From: Candidatus Hodarchaeota archaeon
GTDB lineage: Archaea; Asgardarchaeota; Heimdallarchaeia; Hodarchaeales; Hodarchaeaceae
Assembly: GCA_016839785.1 (NCBI GenBank)
Contig: JAEOTQ010000077.1
Location: 1-12,283 of the forward strand
DNA: 12,283 bases
Reading direction: 5' to 3'
Shown here: positions 1 to 5,742 of the stretch, in pieces
How the letters are laid out: each line of letters opens with the position of its first letter
How positions within the stretch are numbered: position 1 is the stretch's first letter
Notes under the pieces: model-generated
Told to the model about the DNA's origin: nothing
The model's database searches: none
The model's input: only the letters and a program-made list of their open reading frames with translations
Program-made: the position numbers and the translations under genes

Positions 1-95
1 AGAGGAAATTATCTTCAATTTTTTCCTTTTAATTCTCAAAAGAGGAAAGAGTTTTTAGGGATATTTGTCACTTAAGGATACAAACTTAGAATATA

Positions 96-1370
96 TTGTC
101 AGAAAAGGAGCAATTTCTGATGTTAGATGTTTTACTCACCGATGAAGAAAAAGAAATTAAATATAAAATACGTAAAGTCATTAAAACCGTTCCTCCTTCA
201 ATGTTACGGAAAATGGATCTTGAAGAAATTCAATATCCCACTGATTTTGTCAAAGATCTGGCTAAACAAAACCTTCTTGGAGTACGCTTTCCTGTTGAGT
301 TTGGTGGTTTAGGTCTAAGCTGGGTTGCTGAATCAGCTGTAATTGAAGAGGTAGGGGCTCTAGGTCCAGCCCTAGGTTGTCTATATTCACTACCAAGTAT
401 TGTTGGAGAAGCATTAAATCAATTTGGGACTCAAGAACAAAAGGAAAAATTCCTACATAAAATATTGAAGGGAAATCTCTATTCCGCAGAAGCTCTCACT
501 GAACCGAGAGGAGGATCTGACTTTTTTGGAGCGACATGTACAGCCGTCAAACGTGGGGATTCTTATATACTCAACGGACAAAAACGTTTTGTCGTTGGTG
601 CTGAAGGTGCTGACGTTTTTCTAGTGTATGCAAAAACAGATCTGAAAGCTCCAGACCCAAGGAACTCTATTAGTACTTTTCTCGTAGAAAAAAAATCAGG
701 TGTAGAAACAAAACATGTATATGGATTGATGGGTTCAAGAGGAGGAGGTACAGGTCGTCTTTTCTTTGATAACGTTGAAGTCCCTCAAGAGAATCTTGTA
801 GGAGCATTAAATGCAGGAGGTAAGATTTTTAATCAAATGATGATTCCAGAAAGGATGACGTCAGCGTCCGGTGCTATTGGAGCTGCTCGTGCGGGCCTTC
901 AAGTAGCTGGCAAATATAGTACCCGACGAAAAGCGTTTGGACGACCTATTCAAAAATTTCAAGCAGTTTCATTTAAAATTGCGGAAAGCCTTACACTGCT
1001 CGATGCAGCAAGTAGCTTGCTTTATACAACAAGTCGGATGATTGATAAAAATAACGGATTAACGAGTGGACCTGTAAGACGATTGGTGTCAGAAACAAAG
1101 AAATTCGCTACCGATTCGGCTTGGAGTACTATCAATCATGCAATGCAGATACTTGGAGGTATTGGATATACAAATGTGTATCCAATTGAACGACTTCTCC
1201 GAGATATTCGCTTAATGAGTATTTGGACTGGTACAAACGAAATTATGAGTTTACTTATTCAGCATGAGTATTTTAAAGAACTAAACAAATCTGATCCTAG
1301 CTTGGAGTCAAGAGATGTAGAAAATGATGCAACAGGGGCAGAATTTCGTGACGAGAAAGTTTTTGAATAG
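96..1370 (+). CDS. Acyl-CoA dehydrogenase family protein (IVD/LCAD-like catalytic Glu placement)
   Basis: 424-aa ORF with TTG start. ACAD motifs: ALTEPRGGSD, YILNGQKRFV, RRKAFGRPIQKFQAVSFKIAE, AMQILGGIGY and IERLLRDIRLMSIWTGTNEI. Confidence 0.96.
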   Translation: MSEKEQFLMLDVLLTDEEKEIKYKIRKVIKTVPPSMLRKMDLEEIQYPTDFVKDLAKQNLLGVRFPVEFGGLGLSWVAESAVIEEVGALGPALGCLYSLPSIVGEALNQFGTQEQKEKFLHKILKGNLYSAEALTEPRGGSDFFGATCTAVKRGDSYILNGQKRFVVGAEGADVFLVYAKTDLKAPDPRNSISTFLVEKKSGVETKHVYGLMGSRGGGTGRLFFDNVEVPQENLVGALNAGGKIFNQMMIPERMTSASGAIGAARAGLQVAGKYSTRRKAFGRPIQKFQAVSFKIAESLTLLDAASSLLYTTSRMIDKNNGLTSGPVRRLVSETKKFATDSAWSTINHAMQILGGIGYTNVYPIERLLRDIRLMSIWTGTNEIMSLLIQHEYFKELNKSDPSLESRDVENDATGAEFRDEKVFE

Positions 1371-1462
1371 TAGTTGGGTAAATGAACCCTGAGTAAACAG
1401 AAATTTCGTTCAATGATTATCTTTAGTGAACGGTCAGGAGTTATCATACGGACGAAAAAACG

Positions 1463-1762
1463 ATGGTCCAGAATAAACAGAATAATCAAAAGACAATCTA
1501 TGAAAGTATTTTTGGTGGAGAAGGTTATTCACTTACTGGCCCCATATTTTATTTGGCCATGGGAGCTTTTTGTATCCTAATTGTCTTTATTCTCCTTGTT
1601 TTCGAAATATACTTTCCTGACGTCGTTGCTAATATTCAATCCATACGACCAGATATTAAATTTCCATTTTACGGTATTATCTTGATATTGGGTATTTCCG
1701 GAGCAATTATAGGCATCCTTTTCGGTTTTATCGGGATCATTTGGCACAGTTGGAAGTGTTAA
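1463..1762 (+). CDS. Small hypothetical membrane protein (2 predicted TM helices)
   Basis: 99-aa ATG ORF filling the gap between two genes. Two hydrophobic segments (IFYLAMGAFCILIVFILLVF; FYGIILILGISGAIIGILFGFIGIIW). Followed by a T-rich tract at 1772-1783. Confidence 0.75.
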   Translation: MVQNKQNNQKTIYESIFGGEGYSLTGPIFYLAMGAFCILIVFILLVFEIYFPDVVANIQSIRPDIKFPFYGIILILGISGAIIGILFGFIGIIWHSWKC

Positions 1763-1783
1763 TGGCGTTAGTTTTTCTTCTTT

Positions 1784-1797
1784 AGAAAATTTATATA
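1784..1797 (+). promoter_or_regulatory. Putative archaeal BRE-TATA promoter for the fdrA operon
   Basis: AGAAAA (1784-1789) directly followed by TTTATATA (1790-1797), about 60-70 nt upstream of the fdrA start. Matches the purine-rich BRE plus TTTAWATA consensus. Confidence 0.6.
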
Positions 1798-1859
1798 AGA
1801 AAAATTCTTTATGACTGGGAGAAGTATCGTCGTATTGTTAAAATTGCAGACTATTTTGA

Positions 1860-3446
1860 GTGGTATCAATGTCAATCGTTAGAACCCACCTCATACATCA
1901 AGAATATCGTGATTCAGTTCAGTTGATGAGAGCAGCATCAAGCGTTACCAAAGAAATCGCTGGAATCCATATTGCTTCCGTAATGATGGGAACAGCTAAA
2001 AATAAACCTTTGTTAGATGAAGTAGGACTCCTTACTCCAGAAGCAAATTTAGCAGATGCAAACGATATTGTTATTTCAATTCGCGCTGATTCGGAAGCAG
2101 TTGTAGATACTGCAATCAAATTCATCATTAATTATCTCTCCCAATCAGTACAAACATCCCATGATAGTACACTTTTGTATCGATCTATACGGGGTGCTCT
2201 TGTTGGTCTCCCTGATGCGAACCTAGCAGTAATCTCAGTTCCAGGAGAATACGCTGCACGAGATTCGCATATTGCTTTAATGAATGGTCTCAATGTACTA
2301 CTTTTTTCGGACAATGTTTCTATAGATGATGAAGTCCGATTAAAAAAGGAAGCTCATGAAAATGGGTTACTATTGATGGGGCCAGACTGTGGTACCGCCA
2401 TGATTAAAAACGTAGGCTTAGGTTTCTGTAACATAGTGAATCCTGGATCAATAGGAATTATTGCTGCCTCGGGAACAGGCACTCAAGAGGTAATGACTCT
2501 ATGTCATCATTTGAACCTTGGTGTCATACACGCGATAGGGACAGGTTCACGAGACGTTACAGATGCGGTGGGGGGAATTACTATGATTGATGGTTTGCGC
2601 GCACTAGAACGAGATTCTTCCATAGATCTCATCATATTGGTATCTAAACCCCCAGATACAAATACGATGGCCAAAATAGTGAAAGAAATTGAGAACAGCA
2701 CGAAACCGATTATAATAAATTTTCTCGGTAAGACTCATGGGTATTGTGATTCTTCAGGAAAATCTGTAACAGTGGAGACACTTGAAGAAGTTGCGTACAC
2801 TGCAGCCAACTTTTTACAAACAGGAGAGTTGATACGTTCAACTATTCGGTTTAAAAATGAGTATGAAACCGCAAAATATCTCAAAGAATCAATTTCACGA
2901 CTCCATCCTGAACAAAAGTACATCAGGGGATTGTTTGCAGGGGGAACTTTCACATTTGAAGCAGCCCAAATTATCAGAGATCTGTTATCAGGAACCGATT
3001 CACTTAATACCAATGTTCACCTAAATGGAACCACAGTCATTGAGAATGTTAAGGTTAGTCATGGTCATACTCTGATAGATATGGGAGCAGATGAGTTTAC
3101 AATTGGTAAACCTCATCCTATGATAGATCAAACTGAGCGAACTCAACGTTTTCTGGAAGAAATTAATGATCCTGAAACTGCTGTAATTCTTTTAGATTTT
3201 GTACTAGGCTACGGATCTCATCCTGACCCAGTTCTTGACATGGAGGATGCATTTCTCCAATGGAAGGAAAAAGAAAGGTTTATACCCATTATAACACATG
3301 TCTGCGGTACACCTTTAGACCCACAGGATTATGAAAATTCTCTCAATCGATTGGCTTCTCATGGCATAATCCTCATGTCTACAAATGCACAAGCAGCAAA
3401 ATTAGCTGCACTAATTGCCTTAAGAAAGAATATTAGTGAAATATGA
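1860..3446 (+). CDS. fdrA: FdrA / AllF-like protein (succinyl-CoA-synthetase-like CoA-binding and ligase folds), lacking the usual C-terminal segment
   Basis: FdrA hallmarks: YRDSVQLM, MMGTAKNK, ANLAVISVPGEYA, LFSDNVS, LLMGPDCGTA, IIAASGTGTQE, IRGLFAGGT, GHTLIDMGADEFTIGKPHPMID and LLDFVLGYGSHPDP. Start is GTG 1860 or ATG 1869; the latter is preceded by SD-like GAGTGGT. Confidence 0.93.
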   Translation: MVSMSIVRTHLIHQEYRDSVQLMRAASSVTKEIAGIHIASVMMGTAKNKPLLDEVGLLTPEANLADANDIVISIRADSEAVVDTAIKFIINYLSQSVQTSHDSTLLYRSIRGALVGLPDANLAVISVPGEYAARDSHIALMNGLNVLLFSDNVSIDDEVRLKKEAHENGLLLMGPDCGTAMIKNVGLGFCNIVNPGSIGIIAASGTGTQEVMTLCHHLNLGVIHAIGTGSRDVTDAVGGITMIDGLRALERDSSIDLIILVSKPPDTNTMAKIVKEIENSTKPIIINFLGKTHGYCDSSGKSVTVETLEEVAYTAANFLQTGELIRSTIRFKNEYETAKYLKESISRLHPEQKYIRGLFAGGTFTFEAAQIIRDLLSGTDSLNTNVHLNGTTVIENVKVSHGHTLIDMGADEFTIGKPHPMIDQTERTQRFLEEINDPETAVILLDFVLGYGSHPDPVLDMEDAFLQWKEKERFIPIITHVCGTPLDPQDYENSLNRLASHGIILMSTNAQAAKLAALIALRKNISEI

Positions 3447-3462
3447 AATGGAATGATCAAAA

Positions 3463-3636
3463 TTGGCAAATAAAATTGATGAACTATTGAAAAATGGACC
3501 TTTGGTACTGAATATTGGATTACATTCGTTTTTTGAAGCTTCCAAGACCCAAGGCATTCCCTCAGTTCACATCAAATGGGAACCACCAGCTCAAGGGAAA
3601 CATGAGCTTCTGCATTTACTAGATAAATTACTATAA
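3463..3636 (+). CDS. Stand-alone FdrA C-terminal domain peptide (57 aa), not in the ORF track
   Basis: Manual translation from TTG 3463 to TAA 3634-3636: MANKIDELLKNGPLVLNIGLHSFFEASKTQGIPSVHIKWEPPAQGKHELLHLLDKLL. It matches the VxNIGLxSF...VHxxWxPPAxG...LLxxL pattern that ends E. coli-type FdrA. SD-like GGAATGAT lies upstream and the ORF fills the gap between fdrA and the DUF1116 gene. Confidence 0.88.
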   Translation: MANKIDELLKNGPLVLNIGLHSFFEASKTQGIPSVHIKWEPPAQGKHELLHLLDKLL

Positions 3637-3651
3637 ATCCTGAATGTTAGT

Positions 3652-4917
3652 GTGGTTGAAATGGATATAAAAAAGGCAATAGAAACAGCAAATAAAGAAG
3701 CATTAAGAAGAATGGCGAATGTACAACCAGTTTTGGTTGATATTGACCTGGCGATAAACGTGATACCAAGGATTGATCACAAGACAATTCTGCATGCAGG
3801 TCCACCTATCGAATGGGAGAGAATGTCTGGACCAACAAAAGGTGCTATTGCTGGTATACTAGTTTATGAAGGATTAGTTGATTCAATTAAGGAGGGATAT
3901 TCTTTAGCTGCATCAGGGGAAATAAAATTTGATACTAATCATGATCATGATGCAGTTGGTCCTATGACAGGCATTACTGCGCCTCATCAACCTGTATTTA
4001 TCTTAGAAGATCCAAAAAGTCATGCGAGAGCTTATTGTACGTTAAATGAAGGCAGAGGAAAGGTGTTAAGATTTGGTGGATGGGGAGATGATGTTTTAAA
4101 ACGTCTTAATTGGATGAAAGATGTCCTAGCCCCAACAATGAAGAAAGCGATTCTTCATTCAAAAGGTATTGATATTAAGTCCATAATCTCGGAATCTCTT
4201 CATATGGGAGACGAAGCACATAATAGAAATCGTTCAGGATCATATTTATTTTTAAGTGAGCTTACACCTCACCTTTTGGATACTGCCGACCCATTAATCG
4301 TCAAAGATGTATTTGAATTCATCAAAGAAAATGCAGATATTTTTCATTTGAATTTATCAATGCCTCATTCAAAGCTAATTGCAGATGCAGCTCGTGATAT
4401 TGAATTTTGCTCTTTATTGGTTGCTATGGCTCGGAATGGAACGGATATTGGTATACAAATATCAGGATTAGGTCGATCATGGTTTACATCCCCAGCTACA
4501 ATGGTAGACGGTTTATATTTCCCAGGGTATTCAGCTGCCGATGCTTGTCCAGATTTGGGTGATTCTACAATTTCTGAAGTAATTGGAATTGGAGGGTTCG
4601 CAATGGCAGCCTCTCCAGCTATTGTATCCTTCGTGGGTGGCGCGGCAACTGATGCTGTATCCAGAACAGAAAGAATGTATGAGATAACTGAGGGTAAGAG
4701 CAAATCTTTTACCATTCCAATATTAGATTTTCGTGGAACACCAACTGGCGTTGATATACGACGAGTTGTAGAATTAAATGAAACACCTCTTATTAATACT
4801 GGTATTGCACACAAAAAGGCAGGAGTAGGTCAAATCGGTGCAGGTTTGACAGCTGCTCCTATTGAGATGTTTCATGATGCTCTACGCGCGTTTGGAGAAA
4901 AATATCAAGTTCATTAA
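3652..4917 (+). CDS. DUF1116 / YlbE (AllG-like) family protein
   Basis: Motifs ILHAGPPIEWERMSGP, AVGPMTG, LNEGRGKVLRFG, LHMGDEAHNRN, AMARNGTDIGIQISG, PDLGDSTISEVIGIGG, GTPTGVD and PLINTGIAHKKAGVGQIGAG. Canonical position downstream of fdrA. Start is GTG 3652 or ATG 3661. Confidence 0.93.
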   Translation: MVEMDIKKAIETANKEALRRMANVQPVLVDIDLAINVIPRIDHKTILHAGPPIEWERMSGPTKGAIAGILVYEGLVDSIKEGYSLAASGEIKFDTNHDHDAVGPMTGITAPHQPVFILEDPKSHARAYCTLNEGRGKVLRFGGWGDDVLKRLNWMKDVLAPTMKKAILHSKGIDIKSIISESLHMGDEAHNRNRSGSYLFLSELTPHLLDTADPLIVKDVFEFIKENADIFHLNLSMPHSKLIADAARDIEFCSLLVAMARNGTDIGIQISGLGRSWFTSPATMVDGLYFPGYSAADACPDLGDSTISEVIGIGGFAMAASPAIVSFVGGAATDAVSRTERMYEITEGKSKSFTIPILDFRGTPTGVDIRRVVELNETPLINTGIAHKKAGVGQIGAGLTAAPIEMFHDALRAFGEKYQVH

Positions 4918-4941
4918 GAATAATACTCTATGTGATGATTA

Positions 4942-5475
4942 TTGAAGTCAACAAACAAATCAAGCCATTCTCATGAAGCAATCGCTCTTAGAAAGGAACT
5001 TCTCGAATTACTGGAAAATGCCAGTATACGTATAGAATTTTTAAGCGCAGCAGCAACTCCCCTCGTTTCCGTTGCGACGTCTGCATCCATTCTAACTTTT
5101 CTATCTATCCAATTTTTTTTTAATGGGATATTACTCTCCACACGACTAATTGCAGGGATTAATATTCTATTGTTATTAAGTATGGTTTTCATTTCCTTAA
5201 TTACTCAAATTATGATCCATCGTGCACGATTACGATTAGCTCGGGTAAAGCACGATTTAAATATTGAGAAAATCTTGGATAGAGATCAGTTTAACAGTAA
5301 AGAACACCAAGTTTTAATAAAATTGAGTCATTTAGCTTTAAAAAGTAGATCAACCATTGATCGTGTTCAATGGCTTTACAATCACGGCTTGTTCCAATTC
5401 TTATTTCTCTTCATTACTCTGACTGTTGCTGGACTTTTGTTAATCACAATAAGTGAAATACCACTAAGAGTCTAA
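4942..5475 (+). CDS. Hypothetical membrane protein (about 3 TM helices)
   Basis: 177-aa TTG ORF 24 nt after the DUF1116 stop, with SD-like GTGATGAT upstream. Three hydrophobic stretches separated by a basic amphipathic loop. No family recognised. Confidence 0.7.
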   Translation: MKSTNKSSHSHEAIALRKELLELLENASIRIEFLSAAATPLVSVATSASILTFLSIQFFFNGILLSTRLIAGINILLLLSMVFISLITQIMIHRARLRLARVKHDLNIEKILDRDQFNSKEHQVLIKLSHLALKSRSTIDRVQWLYNHGLFQFLFLFITLTVAGLLLITISEIPLRV

Positions 5476-5670
5476 TCGATTCTGTTGGTCAATAATCGCT
5501 TGGTCAAGAATCTGTCCCAAAAATATCGGAATCAACATACGAATTAAGATAGATACTGATGTACCTACAAAAATGATCACCAAATTCAAAGGATTTGCCA
5601 ATAAATGACCAAGAAACCATCGAGAAAACGATTTTGAAGAAAACTCTTTATTTACAGCAATAACCGCCAT
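5464..5670 (-). pseudogene. Probable truncated N-terminus of an ABC exporter (fused permease/ATPase type), 68 aa
   Basis: From ATG 5670: MAVIAVNKEFSSKSFSRWFLGHLLANPLNLVIIFVGTSVSILIRMLIPIFLGQILDQAIIDQQNRLDS*. An elbow helix, TM1 and a P-x-x-L-G-x-I-L-D motif are typical of the start of ABC_membrane domains. All three minus-strand frames stop shortly afterwards. TATATAAA lies 22 nt upstream of this ATG. Confidence 0.6.
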
Positions 5671-5692
5671 AATAAGAGAGGCGGATATCAGC

Positions 5693-5700
5693 TTTATATA
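5693..5700 (-). promoter_or_regulatory. Putative TATA box for the truncated ABC gene (leaderless spacing)
   Basis: The minus strand reads TATATAAA at 5700-5693, 22 nt before ATG 5670. Orientation is ambiguous because the plus strand reads TTTATATA. Confidence 0.4.
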
Positions 5701-5742
5701 CAATTTAATCGTGGCAAGAATTAATTAACGGGGAGGGGCCTT

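Noticed and set aside
1-48. AGAGGAAA repeated at 1-8 and 41-48, with an imperfect hairpin at 22-48
   Set aside because: Low-complexity sequence at the window edge. It is not a CRISPR repeat and cannot be assigned as a terminator without upstream context.
127-1489. ORFs 127-312 (+) and 1259-1489 (-)
   Set aside because: Overlap the acyl-CoA dehydrogenase in an alternative or antisense frame and show no protein-like features.
1919-3013. Four short minus-strand ORFs (1919-2128, 2132-2314, 2507-2701, 2735-3013)
   Set aside because: Antisense shadows inside fdrA.
3448-3465. ATG GAA TGA TCA AAA TTG in frame with the 57-aa peptide, suggesting UGA (Sec) readthrough
   Set aside because: No convincing SECIS element, the position lies outside the conserved region, and TTG 3463 has its own SD-like element.
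3443-3490. ATGA-coupled 15-codon ORF overlapping the fdrA stop, which would join the 57-aa peptide if one A were added at 3459-3462
   Set aside because: Requires a frameshift or sequencing error. The TTG start explains the gene more simply, and only raw reads could revive this idea.
4365-4814. 149-aa minus-strand ORF
   Set aside because: Lies wholly antisense to the conserved DUF1116 gene and has no recognisable motif.
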